Source of the DNA: a virus
Reading direction: 5' to 3' (one strand)
DNA length: 64,000 nt
Virus record (IMG/VR): IMGVR_UViG_3300031772_002739
Coordinates: 9,466-73,465 of that record
Position 1 is the stretch's first letter. Every line of letters begins with the position of its first letter. A program made the position numbers and the translations under genes. The notes beneath the pieces are model-generated. The model was not told where the DNA came from and searched no databases. It saw only the letters and a list, made by a program, of their open reading frames with translations. Below are positions 20,376-30,809 of the stretch, in pieces.

Positions 20376-20765
20376 ATGAACGACAAAAGACAATTGTTAT
20401 GTACTTTTTCTACTTGTGATTTATATAAAGATACGATAGAGAGATTAAAAGATTTTTACGATGTAATCAACAATAAGTTTTTCGTTTTTGTTAACGGCAT
20501 CGACCCAAATGTGGTATACATTACCTACAATATAATTGCCGGACATTCCTCAAAATATCCTAATACCATTTCAGTTCACAGAAAAAAACAGACAAATACG
20601 ATATATACATTGAACGCAATGAATCAGATTATCAAAGATGAAAATGGTGGCAATTTTAATAAAGAGTTTTCTGTAAAGTGGGAATTATATAAGGACTCAC
20701 TTATTTTAACTGGCGAAGTTTCTCTCCGAATTATTCCCATAAAAATTCTTGTTATTATAAGTTGA
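20376..20765 (+). CDS. conserved phage hypothetical protein
   Basis: QLLCTF..TISVHRKKQTNTIYTLNAMN; start MNDKRQ. Confidence 0.65.
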   Translation: MNDKRQLLCTFSTCDLYKDTIERLKDFYDVINNKFFVFVNGIDPNVVYITYNIIAGHSSKYPNTISVHRKKQTNTIYTLNAMNQIIKDENGGNFNKEFSVKWELYKDSLILTGEVSLRIIPIKILVIIS

Positions 20766-20875
20766 TTTTCATTTGATTTTAGCGTATGGTTAATATGTAC
20801 TTAGTAAGGCAAGATTTAACCAGTTAGTTAATGATTGACTTACTAAATTAACAAATTAAACATTTAAGGACTTAT

Positions 20876-21778
20876 ATGCCTATTAATACAGATGCAATCA
20901 AAGCACGTCTCAAATCCCTCGAAAAGAAAGACAAAAAAACAAAAGACGCTATTTGGCGCCCCACTGAAGGAAAACAAATAATTCGAATCGTTCCCAATCA
21001 ACATAATCTATCGAATCCATTCATAGAATTGAAGTTTCATTATAACTTTGTTGGAAAGAATTATCTTAGTCCGGCTAGCTTTGGCAAGCCAGATCCGATA
21101 GTTGAATGTGCAGAAAGAATGAAAAGAAGCGGCGACAAGAAACAGTGGTTCGCTGGCCGCAATCTCGAACCTAAGATGAGAACGTTCGCTCCTGTTGTAG
21201 TTCGTGGTGAAGAGGAAAGGGGCGTTCGACTCTGGGGTTTTGGTGTCACAATCTACAAACAATTGTTAGATATGATCAGCGATTCTGAATATGGTGATAT
21301 CACCGACTTGAATGAAGGTATTGATATCGATGTCACTTTTGTCAAAGAACCTGTTGGTAAACAATATCCAGAAACAACGATTAAACCAAAACGTAAATCT
21401 AGTCCTGTAATCGATCCAAAACATCCGAAGGTTAAGGAACTGATGACACTCGTTACGGAAAAACAACCAAATATTTTGGAAGTTTATGAACCAGCTACAT
21501 ACGAAGAGTTGGCTACGGCTCTTGAAGAATATCTCAAAAAGAGTTCTGAGGGCGAAGCTGAGGAACCAGCAGAAACCAATGTTGCCGAACCAAGTGAAGA
21601 ACAGCTTGATAAGGCTGGTGCGCCAACTGTTAAACCAGTAGAACCCGTGGTTAAAGTAGATGTCACCGAAAAAGAATCCGTTACGGAAGAAGTAAAATCT
21701 CCTAGCGCCGAAACTGCAAAAGGTAATGTGGATGAATATACAAAGGCATTCGCTAATATCTTTGATGATCAAAAGTAA
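20876..21778 (+). CDS. single-stranded DNA-binding protein (gp32-like)
   Basis: WRP..GKQIIRIVP, PF.EL.FHY, GVRLWGFG..Y, YGDITD..GID; acidic tail ending FDDQK. Confidence 0.8.
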   Translation: MPINTDAIKARLKSLEKKDKKTKDAIWRPTEGKQIIRIVPNQHNLSNPFIELKFHYNFVGKNYLSPASFGKPDPIVECAERMKRSGDKKQWFAGRNLEPKMRTFAPVVVRGEEERGVRLWGFGVTIYKQLLDMISDSEYGDITDLNEGIDIDVTFVKEPVGKQYPETTIKPKRKSSPVIDPKHPKVKELMTLVTEKQPNILEVYEPATYEELATALEEYLKKSSEGEAEEPAETNVAEPSEEQLDKAGAPTVKPVEPVVKVDVTEKESVTEEVKSPSAETAKGNVDEYTKAFANIFDDQK

Positions 21779-21791
21779 AATAACTTGAAAC

Positions 21792-21815
21792 GGTGCCCAA
21801 GGATGGGCATCTTTT
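21792..21815 (+). terminator. rho-independent terminator
   Basis: ggtgccca-agga-tgggcatc-tttt. Confidence 0.7.
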
Positions 21816-21842
21816 CATGTACATTTTTGAAAGGAAATTTCT

Positions 21843-23015
21843 ATGAAAAAATCTTCTACGCATGTGGAACATACAGTTGGGTCCACTGATAAAATTGAAC
21901 GGGATGAACTAGCTCAACTTATAGCTGATTCTTTGAACAAAGTATCTAAAGAAGGAAAAATAGCCTATTTTTTGGATGAACAGGAAGATCCATCTATGGT
22001 TGTAGATTGGATATCCACCGGCTCTACACTTTTGGATTTGGCTATTTCAAACAGGCCCCGCGGCGGTCAACCTGTTGGTCGTATGGTAGAGTTGAATGGG
22101 TTGGAAGGAACCGGAAAATCTCTTATCGCTGCTCATTTATTAGCTAGCACTCAAAAGAAGGGTGGTATCGCTGTTATGATTGATTGTGAAACCTCCGCGG
22201 CGCCACAATTTTGGACCGCTGTTGGAGTAAACCTTAAGAACTTAATATATGCCCCTCTTACGACAGTAGAAGAGATATTCAAGTATATTGAAAATATTGT
22301 TGGTATAGTTAGGAAGGCAAATAAAGATAGATTACTGACCATCGTAGTAGATTCTGTGGCTGGAGCTTCAACTGAAAAAGAATTGGAATCCGAACACGGA
22401 GTAGATGGATACAATACGGCTAAATCGATCATTATATCCAAAGCTATGAGAAAGATTACTAATCTCATAGGTGAACAACGAGTGTTGATTGTATTTACCA
22501 ACCAGCTTCGTATGAATATGAACGCTATGGCGTTTGGAGATAAGTATGTTGTTCCCGGCGGCAAGGCTCTCGCGTATCATTGTTCTGTTCGTGTTCGTCT
22601 TAATAGTATCGCCAAAATAAAAAAAGATGATGAAATTGTTGGTATACACTGTAAAGCTCAAGTGGTGAAGAACCGTCTTGGTCCTCCACATCGAACTGCG
22701 GAGTTTGATATTTTCTTTGATTCTGGTATTCAAGATCTTAAGAGTTGGTTGGAGTTTTTAAAGAAACAGGGTGTGGCAAAGGCAGCTGGGGCAACTTATA
22801 AGATTAAGTTAAATGAGGAAGAGTATTCTTTGTCTGCTGCTGAATTTGTCGATAAGGTCAATACCGATGAAAAGTTTAAAGAAGAAGTCTACAAATATAT
22901 TTGTGATACGTATATTATGAAATATCGCGACCCAAATTCTAAAATTGATGAAAACACTACTGAATCTTCGGAAGATGATGAAAATTCAGAAGTCAGTTCC
23001 CAAGAAGATGAATAA
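21843..23015 (+). CDS. recA: RecA/UvsX recombinase
   Basis: ISTGS..LD; GLEGTGKS Walker A; IVVDSVA Walker B; FTNQLR; GGKAL; VKNR..PP. Confidence 0.9.
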   Translation: MKKSSTHVEHTVGSTDKIERDELAQLIADSLNKVSKEGKIAYFLDEQEDPSMVVDWISTGSTLLDLAISNRPRGGQPVGRMVELNGLEGTGKSLIAAHLLASTQKKGGIAVMIDCETSAAPQFWTAVGVNLKNLIYAPLTTVEEIFKYIENIVGIVRKANKDRLLTIVVDSVAGASTEKELESEHGVDGYNTAKSIIISKAMRKITNLIGEQRVLIVFTNQLRMNMNAMAFGDKYVVPGGKALAYHCSVRVRLNSIAKIKKDDEIVGIHCKAQVVKNRLGPPHRTAEFDIFFDSGIQDLKSWLEFLKKQGVAKAAGATYKIKLNEEEYSLSAAEFVDKVNTDEKFKEEVYKYICDTYIMKYRDPNSKIDENTTESSEDDENSEVSSQEDE

Positions 23016-23027
23016 TAAAAACGTTTT

Positions 23028-24105
23028 ATGTTAACAAATTCAGAAAAAAATACGATATTTTCCGTTTGGGAAAATATAAAAAAAGAGAAAGAAAATGCCA
23101 TCGCTAATGGAATAACTTCTATTCAGAGGAATAGTGTTCTATTAGTCGATGGCTACTGACAATACTTTTTTGCGGGCATTTTGTTCTTTAGGAACGATGA
23201 ACGAAGATGGATTACACACCGGTGGCATATCCGGGTTTTTGAAGAGTGTGGGATATGCCATCAAACTTCTCAAGCCTGAACGTTGCGTCATTGTATTTGA
23301 TGGTCCTGGAGGATCTTTAAAACGGAGAAAAATTTACCCAGAGTATAAAGATCACAAAAAGACAAAAATTCGTTTAAACAGGATTTACGAAGATGATATT
23401 GGTTTGGATGGAGAAGAAAAAAATCTCAAGAAACAACTACAGAGGTTAGTATCATATCTTTCCATACTTCCTGTTCATATGTTGTCGTTGGATCACGTAG
23501 AAGCGGATGATACAATGGCATACTGTGCATTGGACTGCTTCAAAAATTGGGGTGTGTATTTAATGTCGTCGGATAAGGATTTTCTACAATTGGTGGATGA
23601 TAGAGTAAAGGTATGGAGTCCCACTAGAAAGAAATTATATTCTCCTCAAGATGTGTTAAATGAATATGGAATACATCCAAAAAACTTTGTTATTTATCGA
23701 GCTTTGGATGGTGATACTTCTGATAATATTCCTGGGGTTAAAGGGTGTGGGTTAAAAACTATTATAAAATATTTTCCATTTTTATCAGAGGATAGAAAAG
23801 TGGAAGTGTCAGAAGTTTTAAAACATTGTGAGAAAAATATAAATAGTGGTAAGAAGATTTATCAAAAAATATTAGATAATAAATCGGATGTAGACAGAAA
23901 TTTTGAGTTAATGCAGTTGGTAGATACTGCAATTCAGACACATGCTCAGTTGAAAGTCAATGAAATATTGGATACTCAAAAACCGAAAATGAATAGATAT
24001 GAATTTATTACGTTAATGTCCGAAGATAAAATGTTGAATAATATACCAAATTCTAATTTTTGGCTTAATGAGGTATTTACTAAACTTGATTATTTTATAA
24101 AATAA
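23028..24105 (+). CDS. 5'-3' exonuclease / flap endonuclease (RNase H-like), frame-disrupted near its 5' end
   Basis: 23028-23159 encodes ..VLLVDGY*; +1 frame continues NTFLRAF..VFDG..YK..EADD..SSDKDF.QL..GDTSDNIPGVKGCG. Confidence 0.8.
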
Positions 24106-24200
24106 CTATATGAATAAAAAAATGAATCGTAGTGTTCGTAGGAAGATTATGCAATATTTACATATAGACGAAGAATTATCAACGTTCAAACAGAATAAAT

Positions 24201-24599
24201 ATGAATTTCTTCAAGTTCAAAACAGCGGAACTAGTGAATTATGTAGTGGCGATTAGTAAAATTGCAGAAGAAAATGTGGAGGGATATTGTTTGAATCCAG
24301 GTTCCACTACTCCTGTTATAAGATTATCAAAAAATTTAATTAACCACAATAGAGCCAGAAGGCAACTGGCTATTATTTTGGAGGAAATGCTTCATGCTCA
24401 CGCATTTCCACTGACTGAAAAAGTAGTAAGAAAATATGCTGCTAATACCTCTAAACTATTATATAAGTTTGGATGGCGTTGGCAAAAAGAAGATGACGTA
24501 AAAATGGTTATTTCAAAAAGGAAAAATAATGCGAAAAAGAAAAACGGAAAAACAGTTAGATCAAGACAAAAAAGGGCGGGAAAGAACTCGCAGATATGA
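24201..24599 (+). CDS. hypothetical protein with degenerate zincin-like motif
   Basis: ILEEMLHAH resembles HExxH with H->E. Confidence 0.5.
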   Translation: MNFFKFKTAELVNYVVAISKIAEENVEGYCLNPGSTTPVIRLSKNLINHNRARRQLAIILEEMLHAHAFPLTEKVVRKYAANTSKLLYKFGWRWQKEDDVKMVISKRKNNAKKKNGKTVRSRQKRAGKNSQI

Positions 24600-24774
24600 A
24601 GAAAAACAAAAGGTGGAAGAAGTTAGAAAAGAGGAAACGAAACTCACAAAAGAAAACGACGACGGCATAAGAGCGCAAAAGTTTTATGAAAAGATTGAGA
24701 ATGGAGAATGGGAGGAAAAATATAAATCTTATAAAGTGGATGAAAACGGAAAGTTTCTTCGTTGGGTAGATTAA
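24529..24774 (+). CDS. small charged hypothetical protein
   Basis: 81 aa ORF followed by terminator. Confidence 0.5.
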   Translation: MRKRKTEKQLDQDKKGRERTRRYEEKQKVEEVRKEETKLTKENDDGIRAQKFYEKIENGEWEEKYKSYKVDENGKFLRWVD

Positions 24775-24776
24775 GA

Positions 24777-24798
24777 GGGGTTGGTTTTTGCCAACCCC
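24777..24798. terminator. GC hairpin between convergent genes
   Basis: ggggttgg-tttttg-ccaacccc. Confidence 0.6.
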
Positions 24799-24838
24799 CA
24801 TTCCCCATTTTGTTTTTGCCGATGTGCCTGTATAGAAA

Positions 24839-25681
24839 TTAACCTGCCCATCCTTTGGGCGGCTTAGCGTACTTTTCAGTAAAACTTTTAGGAAAAGAGA
24901 CTTTCGTTTCGTTTGTAAGAGGAACTCCCATTTCCACTAAAGATTCTCTGCTTGCATAATAAATATCAAGAGATAACAACAATTCTCCCTTTTCAAAATT
25001 AACTTCTACTACTTTTTGTTCTTTTTTCTGACCCCATCCGGTTTCCATGTTAAACCCAGAGGGTTTTAAGGATGCTCTTAACATAGATATGTCCGATGTG
25101 TCACAAGCGTATGTTGGGTCGCCGGAAGATAACTTCATATATTCGGTATCATTGTCTCTGTAACACCACATATCATCCTGCGGAGTAGTAAGAGAGTCAT
25201 CATTGTTAAAATCCGGATCACAACAAGTTATATAAGGATAATTCCAATATGGATCTTTTGGAGATGGTATATGCTCTTCGTTTTTTATAACTATATGAGG
25301 ATATATTTTTTCATTAAATATTCTTATTCCGATGACGCCTCTATTTTTTTCCAATTCATTTCCTTTTTCAGATACATACCCCCCTCCTTTTGATGTGAAT
25401 TTGAATGCTCCTACGTGATCATCAGAATATCTGAATCCTTTAACTTTTAATGGATGATACGAGTCTATTACATATCCAGTACCATCTTCACTGGCTGGAT
25501 TTCCATCCATAACGGATAACCCATCTACGGAACCAACAACTAAAACTCTGTTATAGGTGTTGTTTTTTATTTCTATTTCATATTCGGAACCTTCCTTGGC
25601 TTCTACGTATATTTTTCCTTCGTGATGATACTGTTTGCAACGATTGCCGTTGACTAGAATGTTGATGTCGAAATTTGGCAT
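24839..25681 (-). CDS. conserved hypothetical protein
   Basis: YEIEIKNN..SVDGLSVMDG..GYVI..GFR..FKF..GVIGIRIF; AAGG RBS. Confidence 0.7.
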   Translation of the reverse strand: MPNFDINILVNGNRCKQYHHEGKIYVEAKEGSEYEIEIKNNTYNRVLVVGSVDGLSVMDGNPASEDGTGYVIDSYHPLKVKGFRYSDDHVGAFKFTSKGGGYVSEKGNELEKNRGVIGIRIFNEKIYPHIVIKNEEHIPSPKDPYWNYPYITCCDPDFNNDDSLTTPQDDMWCYRDNDTEYMKLSSGDPTYACDTSDISMLRASLKPSGFNMETGWGQKKEQKVVEVNFEKGELLLSLDIYYASRESLVEMGVPLTNETKVSFPKSFTEKYAKPPKGWAG

Positions 25682-25931
25682 AATCTTACCTTTCTATTTT
25701 TATTTTAATTTATAGTAAAGCGGTCCATACAACCGATTTCGATTAATACATATCTACGGGAATATGTTTTCTCTCAAAAATATTTTACGATAAATAATCC
25801 CCGACGATATTTTTCATTAACGAGTTTATATTTGTACTTTACACCGAGACATAAAAACTTCACCTCGGTATAATATGTTTACATTCGTCGGATGGTGAAG
25901 TATTGTTACCGACAACTGTAAAGGAGAATTT

Positions 25932-27341
25932 ATGGCAGATCAAGATGTTGATAATCTTAAAAAATACGGGCCCGAATTTCAGACAAAATGTATTTCAAGT
26001 ATCTTATCGGACAAAGCTTTCATAGAGAGAATTTTTGATATACTTCATACCGATTATTTTGAGTCGGATTCAAATAAATGGATAGTAGAACAGATAATGA
26101 GTTATTTCATTCAGTATAAAGAATTGCCTACACTAAACGTTTTTAAAGTAAAAATAGATGGTATTGACAATGAAGTGTTAAAGAAATCCACCATCGAACA
26201 ATTGCGTTCAGTATATGCTAAACTTACCGATTCGGATATCAAGTTTGTCAAAGAACAATTTTTGGAATTTTGTAGAAATCAGAAACTAAAATGTGCTATT
26301 ATACAATCGGTGGATTATTTGAAACTTGGTCAATATGATAGTATCAAGTGTGTAGTGGATGATGCTCTTAAAGCGGGAATGGAAAGAAATTTGGGACATA
26401 ATTATAAAGAGGATATTGATGTTCGCATGAGTTCTACAGCTAGAGATTGCGTTCTAACTAACTGGCCTATTATTGATACACTAATGGACGGTGGGTTGGC
26501 CAGAGGAGAACTTGGGTTTATTGTGGGCCCTACCGGTTCAGGAAAATCGTGGCTATTGGCTCGCCTTGGAGCTGAAGCTATGAAACAAGGAAAAAATGTT
26601 ATTCATTTTACATTAGAGTTAAATGAAAATTATGTTGGACTTCGTTACGATTGTTGTTTCACTGGTATCGATTTTCAGGATATAAGAAACCACATCGATA
26701 CGGTCAGACAGAAGATTGATAAGAAGTTTGTGCCTGGCCAATTGTTTATCAAAAATTATCCAAGTAAATCCGTCTCTCCTCATATATTGAAGCTTTATGT
26801 TGAAAGATTGCAGATGATTTCTAGCGTTAAGATAGATTTAATTGTGGTTGATTATGCTGACTTGTTAAAGCCGTTAAATGCGGAGAGGAACTCCAATTCT
26901 TATAGTGAAGCTGGTAGTGTATATGAAGAATTAAGAACGGTCGCCGGGGAATTACAGGTTCCCATTTGGTCTGCCTCCCAAGCTCATCGGGCTGCGCACG
27001 AAGAAGACGTTATTCAAGCTCATAACGTGGCCGATTCTTATAGAAAAATTATGGTGGGTGATTTCGTGTTGTCTTTATCACGAAAGATGGAAGATAAGGC
27101 TGCTCAAACCGCTCGTATTCATGTCATCAAAAATAGATTTGGTCAAGATGGATTAACATTTCCAACGCTTTTCAACTCTTCGAATGGTGATGTTCGAGTT
27201 CATGATCCGAGTTCAAAAGAAGGGATGGAACTTCAAAGAAAGATGGGAGATTCAGGCGATGCCGTAAAAGATATTATTGGCGGTCATTGGAAAAAGATTA
27301 AGCAACGTAATAATAATGGAACCGATAACGATTCGGATTGA
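25932..27341 (+). CDS. dnaB: replicative DnaB-like helicase
   Basis: GPTGSGKS, FTLEL, IVVDYADLL, SASQ, ADSYRK, KNRFG; AGGAG RBS. Confidence 0.9.
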   Translation: MADQDVDNLKKYGPEFQTKCISSILSDKAFIERIFDILHTDYFESDSNKWIVEQIMSYFIQYKELPTLNVFKVKIDGIDNEVLKKSTIEQLRSVYAKLTDSDIKFVKEQFLEFCRNQKLKCAIIQSVDYLKLGQYDSIKCVVDDALKAGMERNLGHNYKEDIDVRMSSTARDCVLTNWPIIDTLMDGGLARGELGFIVGPTGSGKSWLLARLGAEAMKQGKNVIHFTLELNENYVGLRYDCCFTGIDFQDIRNHIDTVRQKIDKKFVPGQLFIKNYPSKSVSPHILKLYVERLQMISSVKIDLIVVDYADLLKPLNAERNSNSYSEAGSVYEELRTVAGELQVPIWSASQAHRAAHEEDVIQAHNVADSYRKIMVGDFVLSLSRKMEDKAAQTARIHVIKNRFGQDGLTFPTLFNSSNGDVRVHDPSSKEGMELQRKMGDSGDAVKDIIGGHWKKIKQRNNNGTDNDSD

Positions 27342-27386
27342 TTTATTTTAAGGTTATTTTAACAATGGAATTTTTAAGGACTGGAT

Positions 27387-30020
27387 ATGAATAAAATTAG
27401 TGTGAGGTTTGATGATGTAAAAGATCAGACAACAGAAGAGTATTTTAAAGGAAATAAGTTTTCAATAGACGCGTTTCGTAAAAAGTATTCCATAAACGAT
27501 TCAGAGACTTATGTTCAGGCTTTGAAACGGGTGTGTGATTATATTGCATCAGTTGAAAAAACCGACGAATTGCGAAAATGTTGGAGCGAACGTTGGTTTG
27601 ATGAAATAGCCCAAGGTTGGTGGCATCCAGCCGGTTCCATCATGCAAGGTGCCGGATCTAATAGAAAAATTAGCCTGGCAAATTGCACGACTATATCTCT
27701 TGGTGCTCTACGTGATGATGAAGAATGGGATAATCTTGAATCCATCGTTAGAAATACAGCATATACAGTAGCTAAATGTGCCGCTTATAGGCAGGGACTT
27801 GGTGTAGATTTTTCCCGCCTACGCCCCAGTGGAACCAAACTTTTGAATTCAGCTAATATTTCCACCGGCCCTATTCATTGGATGAAGTTTATAGACGATA
27901 TAGCATATTACGTAGGTCAAAAAGGAAGAATTCCCGCGTTTTTGTTTTCGTTAAATATCAACCACCCAAGCGTGGAAGAATTTATCACGTCTAAGAGCGA
28001 TTATACCAAAATACAAAATGCCAACATATCTGTTCAACTTACAGAGGTGTTTTATAAAGCTGTTGAAGACGATAAGGATTGGGAAATGTCCTTTGTTACT
28101 CCGGAGGTCAAAAGAGGAGATAAAGTTTATATTGATGAACACAGCGTAGATAAAGATAGCCACAGAGAAAAGGAAACGGGCAAGTGGTATAAACTCGCTA
28201 CTCACACCAAGGAAGAAGAAAAAACCTCCAAAGTGGTAAAGGCCAGAAAGTTGATGGAACTAATTGCTAAAAGTATGTGCAGTCACGCCGAGCCAGGAAT
28301 ACAAAATATTGATATCGCTCGAAAGTATTCCAATTCGGATTACATGTATGATCCTAATGATGAATATGATAGTAGAATTATTGGTACAAATGCGTGCAGC
28401 GAACAATACCTCTCTAGAGAAAGCTTATGCGTACTAGCTTCTCTTAATGTAGGAAGATTTTCAGGTATAAAAGAAATTTATATGACGCAGCTGGAAAGGA
28501 TCGCTCCGTCAATGAATAGATTTTTGGATAACGTCAATGAGTGTGAGTTGGTGTATCAAACTTACGCCACTCCACATCAGAAAATGGCGATTGAAAAACT
28601 TCGCAGAATAGGTGCTGGAATAACCAATCTTGTTGAATGGTTATTTAGAAAAAAACTTATCTATGGAACTACAGAAGCTAATAACGAGACAGAAGAGTTT
28701 GTTAAATACTTCAATTATTGGCTTTATGTTGGTTCTGAACAACTTGGTCGTGAAAAAGGAAATTTTGGATTATTTAAAAAAGATAAGTGGAATGTTTCTC
28801 CGTTTGTAGTTAGAACTATTGAAGAGTCGAAAAGGATTGCCGAGCAGTTTAAAACGCCTATATTAAAAGGAACCCACGCTAGAAATGTTACTTGTTCGTC
28901 TATTGCTCCAACGGGAACGCTTTCACTTATGTTCCGTGATATGGTTATGAGTTATGGTATTGAACCTGCTTTTTTCTTGTATTTTTGGAAACGAACAAGA
29001 ATGTCGGGTAAGTATGAATATTATTTTTGCGTCCCAAAAGCAGTAAAAGATGCTTTTGGAGAAGCTGGGGTTCCGATACCCATGCAATCGGACACAATCC
29101 AAGATGATTGGGATGGAAAACATGGAAAATCTATTGCAAAGTTTATTGATGAAAACTTGGAAAAAGTTGGTATAAAGAAATTTAAAACTTCCACTGAAAT
29201 CGATCCTATGGATAAATTGCAGATGATGTCACAAGTGATGAAATGGGTTGATTCATCTATTTCGACTACCTATCTTTTGCCAGACGGATCAGATTGGAAA
29301 CTGGTTCAGAAGTTTGTTTTGGAATCCCATAAAAAAGAAGTTAAATCTATAGCCGCATTTCCTGATAAGAAAATGTATGGAATCGTCACTTCTATCTCTT
29401 TCAAAGATCTAGCGATCAAGTTGAAAGAAGAAGGTATTGTTATACATCCTCAGAATTTTTCGGATGATGAATTAAAAGAATTAAATATTTCAAGGCAAGA
29501 AATAAACACCAATTGTAGTGGTGCTCCAAAACGATTACATACGTTAGAGGCTGATATTTATACGGTGGTGGTGAAAGGTCAAAAATTCGTAATAGTGATA
29601 GGGATGCAAAACGGAAAACCGTATGAAATTTTTGGCGGCCATCTGGATGGATTGGGATTGAAATGTCCTCACAAAAAAGGAAAAATTACGAGGGTGAAGA
29701 AATCTCAATATTCTCTTGAGTTTGATGATATAACAATTGAAGATTTTTCTAAACAATTTACACCAACAGAACAGATTCTCTTTCGTTTGGCTTCTACAAG
29801 TCTTAGACACGGTGTTCCTATAATATTTGTAGTTGACCAACTTCAAAAAGCTACGGAGGATATAACTTCTATGGCATCTGCTGCAGCTAGAGTGTTAAAA
29901 AAATACATAATTGATGGTGAAACTGCTCATGGTCAGAACTGCCCATCGTGCGGTCACATTCTGGTGTATATTGATGGTTGTGTGTCTTGCGGAAATTGTG
30001 GATACTCCAGATGTAATTAA
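27387..30020 (+). CDS. nrdJ: class II (B12-dependent) ribonucleotide reductase
   Basis: LANC, TNACSE, RRIGAG, IAPTGTLS, DSSIS; C-terminal TSCPD-like region and CxxC..CxxCGYSRC; no small subunit nearby. Confidence 0.85.
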   Translation: MNKISVRFDDVKDQTTEEYFKGNKFSIDAFRKKYSINDSETYVQALKRVCDYIASVEKTDELRKCWSERWFDEIAQGWWHPAGSIMQGAGSNRKISLANCTTISLGALRDDEEWDNLESIVRNTAYTVAKCAAYRQGLGVDFSRLRPSGTKLLNSANISTGPIHWMKFIDDIAYYVGQKGRIPAFLFSLNINHPSVEEFITSKSDYTKIQNANISVQLTEVFYKAVEDDKDWEMSFVTPEVKRGDKVYIDEHSVDKDSHREKETGKWYKLATHTKEEEKTSKVVKARKLMELIAKSMCSHAEPGIQNIDIARKYSNSDYMYDPNDEYDSRIIGTNACSEQYLSRESLCVLASLNVGRFSGIKEIYMTQLERIAPSMNRFLDNVNECELVYQTYATPHQKMAIEKLRRIGAGITNLVEWLFRKKLIYGTTEANNETEEFVKYFNYWLYVGSEQLGREKGNFGLFKKDKWNVSPFVVRTIEESKRIAEQFKTPILKGTHARNVTCSSIAPTGTLSLMFRDMVMSYGIEPAFFLYFWKRTRMSGKYEYYFCVPKAVKDAFGEAGVPIPMQSDTIQDDWDGKHGKSIAKFIDENLEKVGIKKFKTSTEIDPMDKLQMMSQVMKWVDSSISTTYLLPDGSDWKLVQKFVLESHKKEVKSIAAFPDKKMYGIVTSISFKDLAIKLKEEGIVIHPQNFSDDELKELNISRQEINTNCSGAPKRLHTLEADIYTVVVKGQKFVIVIGMQNGKPYEIFGGHLDGLGLKCPHKKGKITRVKKSQYSLEFDDITIEDFSKQFTPTEQILFRLASTSLRHGVPIIFVVDQLQKATEDITSMASAAARVLKKYIIDGETAHGQNCPSCGHILVYIDGCVSCGNCGYSRCN

Positions 30021-30072
30021 AATCAAAGAACTTCCATTTATTCTAAAGTTTTATATATTTATATGTTGATAT

Positions 30073-30450
30073 ATGGTAATCGAACTCACAACAGTATTAG
30101 AAATAATCCCTCCTATAATCGCTGCGGTAGTAACTTACATTATCGCCAGTAAAAAAGCCAAGATTCAATATGCTAAAATGATGACGGATATTCAAAGTAA
30201 AGCTATTCAAACTGTCGTGAGTGAAGAAGAAAAAATGCGTAAAGAAATTTGGGAAGAACTGAAAATCGTTAGAAAAGAAAACGAATTTCTTAGACTGGAA
30301 ATCTCTGAAATTAACAAAAAATTGTATAATTCTGGAGAATTGGTAGAAACATTGAGAGAAGAAATCGCCGTGCTTAAATCTTCTATTGCAGTTTATAAAG
30401 AAGAATTGAATCGTAAAGATAAACGAATAACGGAATTAGAAACGATATAA
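30073..30450 (+). CDS. membrane-anchored coiled-coil protein
   Basis: N-terminal hydrophobic helix then heptad repeats; late motif at 30055. Confidence 0.6.
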   Translation: MVIELTTVLEIIPPIIAAVVTYIIASKKAKIQYAKMMTDIQSKAIQTVVSEEEKMRKEIWEELKIVRKENEFLRLEISEINKKLYNSGELVETLREEIAVLKSSIAVYKEELNRKDKRITELETI

Positions 30451-30463
30451 GGAGAGTAATGAT

Positions 30464-30778
30464 ATGAATTCAAAACGTCAACAAAAGGTGTTCATTGTTA
30501 ATGAAGTAGAGACTGATATTCCGCAAGCTGAAAAAGAAGTTTTGATTCACCACTCCGACGCCTCAATAGATACCTACACAGATTATAAAAAATTATTGTA
30601 TAAATTACACAAAAGTTTCAAATTTCAATACGCAATTGGTATTATTCATGAAAATGGTTCCAAGGCTAAACCATCAGTCATATCAAGTTTTGTAAGACAA
30701 TTGAGCCCAGAAATACGGATTATCATCTATAATTCAATTGACGGTTTGAAACAACAACTTCAAGAAATAAAAATTTGA
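30464..30778 (+). CDS. hypothetical protein (weak receiver-domain-like pattern)
   Basis: AGGAG RBS; KVFIVNE..IRIIIY beta/alpha pattern. Confidence 0.55.
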   Translation: MNSKRQQKVFIVNEVETDIPQAEKEVLIHHSDASIDTYTDYKKLLYKLHKSFKFQYAIGIIHENGSKAKPSVISSFVRQLSPEIRIIIYNSIDGLKQQLQEIKI

Positions 30779-30803
30779 CATTAGTAGTTGAATCGGTTAT
30801 GTT
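30775..30803 (+). promoter_or_regulatory. sigma70-like promoter, leaderless start
   Basis: TTGACA-N17-TATGTT, 6 nt before ATG 30810. Confidence 0.6.
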
Positions 30804-30809
30804 ATCAAC

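Noticed and set aside
21008-22733. Antisense ORFs over SSB/RecA and similar shadow ORFs throughout the track
   Set aside because: They lie opposite or inside well-supported genes and have no motifs or RBS.
24110-24256. 48-aa ORF MNKKMNRSVRRK..
   Set aside because: Short, overlaps the next gene by 56 nt and has no recognisable motif; cannot be supported.
21843-30020. Inteins in RecA, DnaB or RNR
   Set aside because: Lengths are normal and catalytic motifs are uninterrupted.
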